Part shown: positions 36,650 through 47,997 of the stretch, one piece after another | Layout of the letters: every line of letters begins with the position of its first letter | Position numbering within the stretch: the first letter of the stretch is position 1 | Assembly (NCBI GenBank): GCA_004764695.1 | Contig: SMSO01000031.1 | Coordinates: 6,244,761-6,308,760, forward strand | Reading direction: 5' to 3' | From: Schizochytrium sp. TIO01 | Taxonomy: Eukaryota; Protista; Bigyra: Labyrinthulomycetes | DNA: 64,000 bases | Translations under genes and position numbers: made by a program | The notes under the pieces: model-generated | Told to the model about the DNA's origin: nothing | Seen by the model: only the letters and a program-made list of their open reading frames with translations | The model's database searches: none

Positions 36650-39600
36650 GAATTGGTCAACTAATTGTCTGCCCTTCCTTTTCAATGTTTCAATGTTCCG
36701 GTAAACGAGCGCTATCGATTTGCTATCCTATCTTAGAGTTGGCTCTTTCTGATTCTCTTCAGTTGTCCTATTAGTATTACTCTTGTTGAGCTTGAGTAAT
36801 GTTTTATGTTTATGTTTATGTTTATTTTTATCAATTAAATCATATTTTAAATATAAACATTAAATTTAGGTATATAATATTTGTCTAATGTATAAAAACA
36901 TGAAATAAAAAAATTATGGTGACTTGTAAGAACAGTAGAAGAGGAAGAGAAAATGGTGCCAAAAACTTTGGTGTAGTTGGTTTTTTGCCTCAAGACCGTC
37001 TCGATGAGCGCCATTCTGACGGACGGCACACCGCGAGGCCGGATAGCTTGCCGTCGTCGGAGTTGCGATCGCCGGAAAGCTGGGCTTATGCACGACAGCA
37101 TATGCGCGTAGCGTGACCCTCGCGACAGGATGTTTGGAAAGCTGGCAAATATATAGGTAGTCGAATGCCGAGATTTATTGCAAAAGCTGAGCATAGTAAA
37201 ATTGTGGTGTAGGCCTATTACTCTACAGTAATGTTTGAGATGCCGGAGCCAAATGGATGAGGGGCATTCCTCGAGGACTTCAGAGAATCCTGTTAAGGAC
37301 TGGACCTTTGTGATGGCTCGTGAACGGTAAACTTTTAGTGGTTGAAGAGATGATCGTGGGGACCTTCACTTTGAGACTTTTAAGTTGTTGCCAAATAGAG
37401 AACTTCAAGAAGCTGAATCTGTACTATGAAGAAGAACCGGAGAAGGTCTCTAACAATAACGTCGAAACTGCGTCCAAGACAGGAGTTAAGTTTTGATTGA
37501 ACAACAAAGGTTTCCTTGGTTCATTTCATGTATGAACCGAATTATAGATGCACTCGGTGCCTCAAGTAGGACAATTTCTTTGCTTATTGGAACCCTGTCG
37601 TTTATCTTTCATATAATTCTTTCTGAATATCCTTTCAATTCATACTAGCGATAGGACATCAAGTTTGGCACTTGCCTTGACGACGGTCTGATCATACAGC
37701 TTGTCTTTATATATTCAGGGTCAAAACTTATGACACGTAACGCAAACGTTGAATCGAGGGAAAACTACAAAAGATAATCATGAATTTAATCTTTGAGTTT
37801 TCGCAAGCCTTTCTTATAATATAACTTTAATTTAGGCCTTTAGTGACATCTATTGTTGCTGAATTTATTGTTCTCATTGTTTATACGAAGAGTGGCTGTA
37901 CTGGCTGGAAACTATAATATTTTCAAACAAGCAACTGAGAGTTTATATTTGAGAACTGAATACTCAACTTAGAACTATATTGCATCGACTCATGATTCGA
38001 ACATGTTTCCAATCACATTAATTTGATTTAATACTGAAGATATTCCCCTCTACAGCGGAGGGTACGAACATGAGTCTAGCAGCTTAATGTAGGTTCATAC
38101 AGAAGAAGTATAGTGCACTGATGAGCTCAAGAGTATGCTAAGCTAAACCAATTGAGTTGTAAGACATTCTTTAGATTAAAAAGTTGTTTCACATTTTCAT
38201 TTGGTGTCGATAAATGCTATGCAAAGTCAGATAGCGCAATAACTATTGACTAGCTTCGTCTGTCGATTTTTCGCTCAGCGATACAGGTTTCTTATGCACT
38301 AAGTGAATCAGAGAGAAGAACAATCCAGTATAGGATCATGAAGACTAGACCGTGAGTGCTGAAGAAATAATTGAACGTTTTTGAATTTCATAGATTAAAA
38401 TTTTCTGGATAAACTGCTGATTCGTCGAAATCAATAAACATCCATGTTGTTTCGATACCATTTCCGAAACCACAGCAGGAGCGCATCAACTTTTTTTTTT
38501 TTTTGAGAGCAGCCGCCGACTATTTAAAAGCTACAATTATTGAAGTTCACTTCCAGTCCACCCAATTCTAATGCAGGCCATCCCTCTTTTTTAAAGGACA
38601 TTTGAACAAAGAAGACACAACGTAGCTTGTAACTTGATATGAGAAATTGGTTCTTCTGCTGCTCTAACCAGAATCCGTTTGTTGAATTGAGTTACATTTA
38701 TAATTTCCTGTGCAAATATTATCAAGAGATTCTATTTCAAAATAGCAATTTTAGAAGATGCTTTGGCCTCAACCTCAAGGACATGATTGCAACTCCTTGA
38801 TTTTGCTTCGAGCGAAAAGTCAATATCAATAATACATTCTGTCAATTCGATGCTACATTTCAGGTTAATCATCAGGCCCAGTTTCCATTTTAAAAGGCAA
38901 ATCTCAATCAGTTAAAAAAACAAAAAACAAAAAACAACATCGATCATACATTCATTTATCCCAGGGCCTATATCATGAGCTTTACCCTGGACATTCTCTC
39001 CATCTGTTTTTCTGCTATGCCTATGCGTGTTTACCAGAAAACTGTATGCGCATAGCGCCACATTATGTTTCCATCATAACCAACTATGATACCTTCTGCG
39101 CATTGAGCGCAACCACTGATTTGGTTCTGCAAAATTGTTCTTCTGGGTTCCTGAATCTTAAAAGGCATCAGCGAAGAAGGCCTCTCAGGCTGAGAGAACG
39201 CCTGAGAAAACTATGCTGCAAGCATTCGTACTTCCTGCCACAGGCATGGTCGAGTTTCCTGAAGACAGTTGTCTACGACTCGGCAACGTTCGCTGTCAAT
39301 ACCAAGTTCCGCAGAACCAGGTGCTTCTCAATTCTCATCCACGAATGCCATTTTCAAGCCATTTGTTCCTCAAACATCCTTGCGTACTTCTAATGCATCA
39401 CAAACCGCTGCAGCCCCACGGTAGCTTCGCATCCGCCCATTCAAGTGACGTAAATTATAACCACGAGCGCTGCGTCTCGAGGAGCTCGACGCAGTTGCAG
39501 ATTTGCGCAGCGAAGTAGAAATCAAGAAACAACGAGAATAGACGGAAACCTTGTTTTTTTAATTGAAGAATTTTTTAAAAGAGCACTTCTACTGTTTAAC

Positions 39601-39912
39601 ATAGGCTCGTACTTACCAAGCTGAAGCTATGATTGATTACTTTATCCATATTATCTCATAACAGTCGTTAATTATCTCTATTAAAATTAATGGGACAATA
39701 GGGATACCTAATTTTTACTGTAGAAGTAGTTTAGGATCAAAACATGAGTTTTTTTAATTGGAGAAAAAAAAAATTGCTAGAAAAAAGAGAAGAAAAGTAT
39801 GGAGGAAATCAAATTCTATTCCATCCAAAGTCCATCGCACTCTCGCTCGCAGACTCGAGCGGTGTGCGTGTGGACAGTGCTGCGGACCTTGCTGCGGTCC
39901 CAGTCTGGCAAA

Positions 39913-42168
39913 ATGTCTTCGATGATGCTTTCGACGAAACGAGGCCTCCACTGCGGCGGCCTAAACAGCAGGTTCACGAGCATGGTGCATGGCCGCGCTC
40001 TTGGAGGCCGTCTCGGCGAGCTCCAACGTCGTGGCTTCAAGATCGATGCAAAGTTCGTGAAGGGATATGAAGCCAAGAAGGCCAACTTCGGATTTAACGG
40101 CCTTGGAGAACTGGTTTACTACCGCACCTATGCTCGCCTCAAAGCCAATGGTCATAGGGAACGGTGGCACGAAACCGTGGAACGCGTGGTGAATGGCACC
40201 TTTTCGATGCAGGAACGATGGATGCGCGATAATGTGCTGGGCTGGGACGAAGATTGGGCTCAAAAATCAGCGCAAGATATGTATGAGCGAATCTTTGACA
40301 TGAAGTTCTTGCCTCCCGGGCGAGGCTTATGGTGCATGGGCACTTCCGTTACAGAGGAACGAGGACTTTTTGCGGCGTTGAACAATTGCGCATTTGTGAG
40401 TACAACAGAGGTTGATAAGTCTTTTTCAGAGCCTTTTTGCTTCACTATGGACGCATCGATGCTTGGAGTAGGCGTTGGATTCGACACAGCTGGAAGTGGC
40501 AAAGTGACGCTACAGAAGCCTTCAGGAGGAGTTCAGAAGTACGTGGTTCCGGACACTCGCGAAGGCTGGGTGAACTCTCTTGGGGACCTTTTGGAGAGCT
40601 ATGTAACGCCTTGCGCCAAGTCACTTGAGTTTGACTATTCTAGCATTCGCAAGGCAGGTGAACCCATCCGTGGTTTTGGAGGCACCAGTTCTGGCCCAGC
40701 ACCACTCCAACGTCTGCACAAGGCTGTGAAGGATGTCCTTGACAAGGGCGACGGCAAGACTCTAAGTGTTACGAATATTGTGGATATTATGAATCTCGTT
40801 GGGCAATGCGTGGTGGCGGGGAATGTTCGTCGTACCGCAGAGATTGCCTTCGGAGACCCCGACTCGCTCGAATATATCGAGCTCAAGAACTATGAGGTTA
40901 ATCCTCAACGGGCCGAATTCGGGTGGACGAGTAATAACTCAGTCTTTGCCAAACTTGGTATGGACTACACGCAAATTGCAGAGCGCATTCGCAAGAATGG
41001 AGAGCCTGGATTCGCTTGGCTTAACAACATGCAAGATTATGGGCGAATGAATGGGACAAAGGATCACAAGGACTATCGCGCCCGCGGTGGCAACCCTTGT
41101 CTTGAACAAACGCTTGAATCCCACGAGCTTTGCTGCCTTGTAGAAACATTCCCGCACCACCACGAGTCTCTTGAAGACTACAAGGCTACTTTAGCCTCCG
41201 CATTTTTGTACGCCAAGACTGTTACGCTTGGTAAAACTCATTGGCCAAAAAGCAACCGCGTCATGCTGCGCAACCGTCGTATTGGTTGCTCTATGAGTGG
41301 TATTGCTCAATTTGTGGCGGACAAGGGTATGCATACTCTTCAAGAGTGGGCAGAGGAAGGATACGAGAAAGTTCAGGCCTGCGATGAAGAGTATTCTGAA
41401 CTCTTTGCTATCCCACGCTCTATCAAGACTACCTGTGTTAAGCCTTCAGGAACGGTTTCACTTGTAGCTGGAGCGACACCTGGAATTCATGCGCCCGAGT
41501 CTCGCTTCTATTTACGCCGAATTCGTATCAATGCTGATCATGAGCTCTTGGCACCTGTGCGCGAAGCAGGTTACCACATTGAGCCTGCAGAGACTGATCC
41601 GGAAAACACAGTTGTTGTTTCAATCCCGATTGATGCTGGTGAAGGAGTCCGCACAAGCCGTGAGGTAAGCATGTGGGAACAACTCTCGCTTGCCGCGTTC
41701 ATGCAGAAACACTGGGCTGACAACCAGGTTTCTTGCACAGTCACATTTGACGATGCAAAAGAAGGAGCCCAGCTCGTTAATGCGCTCGATGTGTTTCAAT
41801 ACCAACTCAAGGGCATCTCTTTTTTGCCCCGTGTAGAGGCTGGAGCATATGCTCAAATGCCGTACGAGGAGATTTCTGAAGCAGAGTATAACGCTTTATC
41901 AGCAAAGCTCCGGCCACTGGATCTCTCCTCTCTTTCTGGATCTGAAGAAGATGATGATGAAGCCGTAGAAGAAGTCGCAGTAGGCCACCGAGCAGCCAAG
42001 TCTAGAAAGTCAAGCGAGCAACAGCCCAAGATCGTTCCTTTCCAGGTGCCCGACATGGGTGAAGGTGTATCTTTAGGAGCAGGTCTTCCGGACAGTTTTT
42101 GCGACACTTGCAATGTACCTGACGCTGATGCCCCTCCTGATGCAAAAAGAAATAAAAAGTGCAAATAA
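39913..42168 (+). CDS. nrdJ: Class II (adenosylcobalamin-dependent) ribonucleotide reductase, monomeric RTPR/NrdJ type, with N-terminal presequence-like extension
   Basis: YYRTYAR, ERWHETVERVV, FLPPGRGLW, ALNNCAF, VVAGNVRRTAEI, WTSNNS, NGEPG, the active-site finger GGNPCLEQ...ELCCLVE, NRRIG, TCVKPSGTVSL, WADNQVSCTVTF, YAQMPYEEI, and a C-terminal Cys pair FCDTC. The ORF is open from 39799; ATG 39913 is preferred. Confidence 0.93.
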   Translation: MSSMMLSTKRGLHCGGLNSRFTSMVHGRALGGRLGELQRRGFKIDAKFVKGYEAKKANFGFNGLGELVYYRTYARLKANGHRERWHETVERVVNGTFSMQERWMRDNVLGWDEDWAQKSAQDMYERIFDMKFLPPGRGLWCMGTSVTEERGLFAALNNCAFVSTTEVDKSFSEPFCFTMDASMLGVGVGFDTAGSGKVTLQKPSGGVQKYVVPDTREGWVNSLGDLLESYVTPCAKSLEFDYSSIRKAGEPIRGFGGTSSGPAPLQRLHKAVKDVLDKGDGKTLSVTNIVDIMNLVGQCVVAGNVRRTAEIAFGDPDSLEYIELKNYEVNPQRAEFGWTSNNSVFAKLGMDYTQIAERIRKNGEPGFAWLNNMQDYGRMNGTKDHKDYRARGGNPCLEQTLESHELCCLVETFPHHHESLEDYKATLASAFLYAKTVTLGKTHWPKSNRVMLRNRRIGCSMSGIAQFVADKGMHTLQEWAEEGYEKVQACDEEYSELFAIPRSIKTTCVKPSGTVSLVAGATPGIHAPESRFYLRRIRINADHELLAPVREAGYHIEPAETDPENTVVVSIPIDAGEGVRTSREVSMWEQLSLAAFMQKHWADNQVSCTVTFDDAKEGAQLVNALDVFQYQLKGISFLPRVEAGAYAQMPYEEISEAEYNALSAKLRPLDLSSLSGSEEDDDEAVEEVAVGHRAAKSRKSSEQQPKIVPFQVPDMGEGVSLGAGLPDSFCDTCNVPDADAPPDAKRNKKCK

Positions 42169-42384
42169 ATTATGCACAGATTTAATCGTATTTCTAGTAA
42201 GAATATCGCAATCAGTCTTGCAAATTAGGACATAAACTATCACTCGATTTCCTCTTCTATTATTATTTCGTAACGATATTTACTTTCTGTATATCCGACT
42301 ACTTGGTATCCACTTTTAAAAAAATACTCGGAAGAAATAAGATCTGAGTCAAATGTACAGCTACATATGTTTTAGTTAATAAAA

Positions 42385-44393
42385 TTATTGGTCGTCAAGA
42401 GCTTGCTTTACGAGGCCAAGCGCTGGCCAAGACTGAAGTTTTGCTTCGTGTTTCAGAACAAACCGTTCTGTACGAGCTATTAGATCTCGAACCGAAACTC
42501 GGACAGGCTTCATGTAATCCGGATGCGCTCGAAGTACCTGGCACTTCTCAAGCCACGCACTTGAGTTTTTCAGAGTATGCATGATAAGTTGCAGATGTCG
42601 GTCGCAAACCTGAAATGGAAAACCATTTTTATCCTCAAGATGTTCAGCATCTACAAGTGGAAGGCTCATCTTGTTCAAAGTCCTGACCAGTGAGTCAGAA
42701 ATGCCTGCAGCCAAATCTAAAGATGCTGATTCCTTGAATCCTCCCACCTCCTGCGCTGCAAGGTCGCATACTTGCAAAAGAACATTCGAAGCTCGCTCAG
42801 AACATAAGTCAAAGCCACTTTTTAATTCATAACACAGAAACGGAATAATGTCGCGCCCAATACATGCACCGAGCAAACCATCTACTATGCGGAGATCTTT
42901 GATCCATTCAAACCCTCTAACATTGTCTATAACCTCGTCCCAGGAGGAAAAAATGATACTACTTCCTTCTGTATTAGCAAGGTCTTGCTCAATATCCCAT
43001 TGTATTAAATTTGCATTGACGTAGGGCGCCACGAGTTCAGGCAAAGCCAACTGGATATAGGCGGTTTCGAAGTCTTTGGCATCCTCTGCTTGCCAAAGAT
43101 TTACATCCTCAAGCCATTTTAATGAATCAAAGGGGGCGGCAACATCTGTAAAGACAAGTTGAAGTCCACGCAAGACTTCCGTGATACGCAGCGCACGATG
43201 GCCGCTGCCTTCCTCGTCCTGAACAATCGGAGATGCAGACCAGCGTATCAGTGTCTCTTGAATTCTTTGTTCACGGGTCTGTTCGAGCTTAAGAGCCACG
43301 TCGCGACCAAGGTCATCGACTGCTTGGCCGCTCGATTTCGCATCAAGCAAATTTCGAGGAAAATCTGCGCCACAGTTTTCTCTGTCTGATCCCTGTAGCT
43401 GAAGAAGATGAATGAGGTCAGCAATCGATTGCTGTCGAAACTTTCTCTCGATTTAAAGCGCTCACGACGCAATTTACCTAGGCTCATTCGAACTTGCGCA
43501 ATCATAGGAGCCTTATGTTTTAGACACTCACGCAAACCTTCGATAAACTTTCGCCATCTCTGTCTTCGGTCATGCTCATTACAAACCTGCGCGAGGGTTG
43601 TTTTTCGTTCCTCTAGTTCCTTTCGAAGACTCTCAATCTCTGCTTGGCGCGCTGCAGTCCTCTCCGTGGCAACTGTACGTTTTCCTTGCAAATCTTGAGC
43701 TAATCGCCGCACAGAATCGATTATATCACTTCGAGAGATTTGAGACGACTCTTGTTCTCCATCAATACGTCGAATTGGCTCAGCTTGATTATGGGGTCCC
43801 AGATCTTGCGCTCCTGCACGTTTCAGTAAAGCTGCTTCCCATTCCTTTGTGTCATCATCCACTTCATACCGGCCTTCTTCATCCTCATCTTGGAGCCTTT
43901 CTCGCCTGACATCCACATTTGGAGAGAGGGGCTTTGAGACCATTCCATAATCACCTTGCATATGACCTTGTTGTGTTACAGTGTCTTCGTTCTCATCAAT
44001 GTCCATGGCTGTAGAAGTCAATGGTCTCACGATTGTTTTCATGCGGTTAACATTAACTTGCTCATTCCTGCGATCCTTTTTGCGTCTTCTGCTCGTGCCT
44101 AGAACCACCATGTTCTCGTCGTCATCTTCCTCTTCATGGTTAAAGTCATGTGTTTGTTGTTCGAGATTGCGAAGTTCATCGTCTTGAGGGCCTTCGGGGC
44201 CCTTAACTTGGTCTTTGGCGCTCGCCTCAGAGGCCTTTTTCCCGATGTCTGCTTCGATGTCATTTTCGAGCACTGATGCCGACTTCACAACTATTGGCTC
44301 TGCAGCGCCGGCATCAGTGACACCACTTTGTAAAGCGCCCCCATCCCCGTCAGCGGCCTCTGCAGTGCGCTTCCGACGCCGCTTCTTGAACAT
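42385..44393 (-). CDS. GC-rich sequence DNA-binding factor (GCFC2/PAXBP1/Ntr2-like splicing-associated protein), one frameshift
   Basis: N-terminal MFKKRRRKR, DTKEWEAALLKRAG, LRECLKHKAPMI, then DDLGRD and AYIQLALPELVAPYV...LIQWD. Adding one A to the AAA run at 43452-43454 joins both ORFs (RERFKIERKFRQQSIADL). Confidence 0.78.
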
Positions 44394-44920
44394 TCTCGCA
44401 ACACTGGCCTCGAGAACTAATATATAGGTTTGTTGGTCATTGACAATTTTATTGTTTTCAAGAAAGGTGGATCATTGTTTAAAATGATGGAAGCAATGAA
44501 AAAAAGAATGACATAAAACATGGCACGATGTTAATTTATCTCGATAGAACCTAGCAATCGTATTTGTGTTTTTTCATATCATGATCACAAAGCGTAACTT
44601 GAGAGCGGGTAAGCCCCTGGAATGGAACTGTTTTGATTATAAGCCTGAATCACGATCGCAAATTTTATTGAGATTAACCTATGGACAGAGCAATGAAGAT
44701 CAAAATATTAAACATGAGCAATACAGCAATAGCAGATCCACTTGGGGATTTCGTACTCGAGAACTAAGAGTTGTCCTGGTTTAGGACAAAATGAAGGACA
44801 AAATTAAGAGTTTGAATCAGAAAAGAGATGGCGAAGACACATCCAAATTTCACGAAAGTTTGTAATAATAGCATATTTTTAAAATGAAGTTATCGAGATC
44901 ATCGAGAAATTATTGAAGCA

Positions 44921-46732
44921 TCAATGTTCGCAGAGCTCTACAGCACGGATGTTCCAGTCCTGCTTATGCATCTTGCGCTCCTTCATGAGTTCTAGGCGGT
45001 GAGCCTTAGCCTCATCTAGACTTAACACAGATGACTGATCGGGCACCTCTTGGGTTGACACAATACGATGCTCAGGGTCCACGATAAAGAAGACAGCAAT
45101 GCGGCGACGTGCAGGCTTGTCAGAAGTGTTGGTCATCTTGCGGACTTTGTGGACGTGACTATTTGGGAACACAATTGTGCGTCCTTCAGGTGTGGCTACC
45201 ATACCCAGGGGAGCCAGGGCGTCCTCCATGATCTTGTCAAATGCAGGGTTCCGACACTGGGCAACGCCATAAAGCAAACGACCACGTTCCTCTGTCGTGA
45301 ATCCGCGCCGGTACATGAGCTCGCCGCCAACAATCCCTTCGCCGCGCTCAATCACATTCACGCAAGTACCAACAATACGCTCGTGCGACATTCCCTCAAC
45401 ATGCCAGACACCTTCATAAGATTCCCCAGGCTGAAGTTCGTAGTCCACAATCTTTGTGATCACTTGTAAAGATTTACCAGCGAGATTAATTTTCTCCAAT
45501 GGTCTGCCTTCATCGACCTCCCAATCCGTCTCTTCAGGTTCGTCGTCTTCGTCGTCTTCGCCCCCAGAGTTGGCTACTCGAACCCACTTTCCATAAGCAA
45601 TAATTGCCTCAATACGCGGGACCATGACACGGAATAGACGCGAAATAGTGTCGTACAGCTCGGGGTAGTCCGAGGCAGGGCGAAGGCCGTTAATGTCGTT
45701 TCGGATGCTCACACTTTTGTCTTTGGAAATGTCAAAATATGTTGGCATCCATTGATACTTGGATGCTTCAAAAGGCCGTCCCCATCGATCAGTCACAATC
45801 TTACCATCCCCATCCTTAAACTTTGGCGGGCTCTCAAGATCTGAAGATGGCGTGAAAGGGGATACATCACGAATGTACGAGTACAGTGCAGGGTGAACAT
45901 GATCAAGGACAACATCCTTGCTGTGAGGATGATAGTCTTTGGTACGCTTGCTTGCGAGTTCATCAACCTGCCTGTTAAGAGTCTTTACAAGCTCATCTGG
46001 GATAAGTTTATCAGCCCATGAAACACCTTCGCGAATATCCTGCGTCTGATACTTGGCCCAAATATCACCAAGAGGGAAGTTTGCCCTGCCCTTATAATTC
46101 CAGGATCCAACATCATTCAGATCAGCCTCGGCTAAAACACCAACCTTGAGAACTCCTTGTGTGACCTCCGAGTGAACAATTGCTTCGTCAAGTTTCCACA
46201 AAAGCTTCATCTTGGCTTCACACTCAAGAGGCTTGAGACCAGGAAGAGCAACAATATCTTTAGATTTTGCGCTCTTCATCTGATCCTTTGAGACCCCTGC
46301 AGCGAGACACTGCTCTTCAGTAAGAGGAATGAGCACAATGACACGTCCAGCACTGTCATCCACGCCAGTCTTAATAGCCTTTCCGGCATTCTCGAATGGC
46401 TGCCAAGGCGTCGAGGATGGCACAAACACCATCTCAGCGCCAGTACCAGGGAAGGTTTCAAGTTCCCAATATTCATCGCTATCCTCATCATCCGAAGGGT
46501 AATCTTGTTCGCTATGCACCATGATATCCTCGACGAAGCCTGGCTCATTAGTGTCAACAGTAATCGTCTCAGAACGAGCTGTGGCTTCTTGAGCAGCTTT
46601 TGAGACAGGCGCAAGACGCGCTTTGGCCTCAGACTCACGTAAGTACCCTGCAACAACCGGCAGTGCTACATCCACCGCAGCAGAGGAGCTCGAGGCCCCA
46701 GACTTTTTCTGAGAAGAAGAGCTATCCTCCAT
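44921..46732 (-). CDS. DUF4246-family protein (2OG-Fe(II) dioxygenase-like fold), copy 1, catalytic motifs intact; N-terminal F-box-like motif
   Basis: DYHPHSKDVVLDHVHPALY, SKYQWMP, INGL, LQVITKIVDYEL, WHVEGMSHERIV, FPNSHVHKV, RRIAVFFIVDP...IVST, LELMKER and C-terminal LCEH. The ORF is open from 47077; ATG 46732 or 46759 is likely. Confidence 0.85.
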   Translation of the reverse strand: MEDSSSSQKKSGASSSSAAVDVALPVVAGYLRESEAKARLAPVSKAAQEATARSETITVDTNEPGFVEDIMVHSEQDYPSDDEDSDEYWELETFPGTGAEMVFVPSSTPWQPFENAGKAIKTGVDDSAGRVIVLIPLTEEQCLAAGVSKDQMKSAKSKDIVALPGLKPLECEAKMKLLWKLDEAIVHSEVTQGVLKVGVLAEADLNDVGSWNYKGRANFPLGDIWAKYQTQDIREGVSWADKLIPDELVKTLNRQVDELASKRTKDYHPHSKDVVLDHVHPALYSYIRDVSPFTPSSDLESPPKFKDGDGKIVTDRWGRPFEASKYQWMPTYFDISKDKSVSIRNDINGLRPASDYPELYDTISRLFRVMVPRIEAIIAYGKWVRVANSGGEDDEDDEPEETDWEVDEGRPLEKINLAGKSLQVITKIVDYELQPGESYEGVWHVEGMSHERIVGTCVNVIERGEGIVGGELMYRRGFTTEERGRLLYGVAQCRNPAFDKIMEDALAPLGMVATPEGRTIVFPNSHVHKVRKMTNTSDKPARRRIAVFFIVDPEHRIVSTQEVPDQSSVLSLDEAKAHRLELMKERKMHKQDWNIRAVELCEH

Positions 46733-47997
46733 TTTCCGGCCCTTGCTTGCTTTTTCCATACCCTGGTGAAATGCTCGAACGGTGTTCTTGAATTCCAGTT
46801 CTGCATGCTTTGCGCGCGTGAAGATTGCCGACCCTGATGCTCTGCGCAAGCGAAGAGGACCATAACGTGTCCTATATTCTAGTACCAAAGTGTGCTTCAC
46901 AAAGTTGCAGAATGAGGCAGTTTCAGATACGCTATTACTAATACTCGTGACCGCTTTAGAAAACGAAAGCATTTTACGTGGATCAACAGCTACTGCTCTC
47001 GCAGGGATTAATATGTGTGGTGGACAAGAATGTAGTGCAGACAAAGAGGTCAAAGTAGCGGTTTTGCAGACTGGCATGCAACGTCACTCGCTCGTGCTGG
47101 AAACTTTGCAGTGAGTGATTCCATTTTAGTCAAAGCTTACAATTAATGGCAGTGTCAGATGTGCCATTTTACTAAATGGATTCGCATCATCTTTTGACGA
47201 CAGGCAGCTTGGTAGAGTCCATGTGAGCATTCATAGTGCGCGAATGCTCTGAAGCGTGGGCAATATCATCATGAACCGATGCTGGATAATTTGCGAAGGT
47301 TTGCTTGCATTCCCACAAACCAGAGATAATAGTGTGTAACCTTTTTACCTCGGTATGACAAATCTGCTGCACCTCCCTTGGTGAGACCACTGCCATGATT
47401 TCAATTCTAGACGTTTCACCAGTGTACTAGTAGGATATGCAAGAGATCACCTTACAAGTGCAATAGTAAAAGCTGGATTGAAGGTGCTGTACCTAGTACT
47501 AACTTGAGGTCGCCTTGCGCAGACTCCAAAGTAGGTTTCTTTGATGCATTTATGATTATGGGCTTGATCCTAGTCGGGCTGAGGGCTGTTGCAATGTGTA
47601 ATTGATCGAGATCTTCCCAGAACCACACAAATGGTCCGCCACCGTTTAGTTGATTCCTGCGATGCTACTACTACCTACCAATTTCTGTGCGGTCTAAGCA
47701 TTTGACTAAAAAACTTTCATGGCGGATATTATGGTATTACGATAATGGTATGGCATAATCCACAGAAATTGTGTGACCACCATACCTGGTATTAAATTAG
47801 AAGGCACCTACGCTGTGTTAATTCAAGGATTCATTATAACATTCACTTTTTAAATAGTGAGGAATTAAGTAAGTGAACTCGTAGGAAGCCAAAGGTCTTC
47901 ATCATATAGGAAAAAAGTCACAGTGTATAGAACTTTTTCATAAACTGACTTTGAAAGGGAAACTATCATGGTACTACAATTAAATTCGAGGCAAGCT

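Noticed and set aside
39500-39912. Cobalamin riboswitch upstream of the class II RNR
   Set aside because: The sequence is AT-rich with no recognisable B12-box, and the context is eukaryotic.
43445-43460. TTTAAAT at the GCFC frame junction as a -1 programmed frameshift slippery site
   Set aside because: The heptamer is out of register with the reading frame (CGC TTT AAA TCG). A one-base loss in the A run explains it, and other homopolymer indels occur in the window.
43401-43477. GTAAAT...TTCAG as an intron joining the two GCFC ORFs
   Set aside because: Splicing would put the downstream exon in the wrong frame and remove coding-like coiled-coil sequence.
46733-47077. 115-aa N-terminal extension of DUF4246 copy 1
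   Set aside because: It has no counterpart in the five paralogs, whose starts align with the ATG near 46732, so it is treated as an open 5' region.
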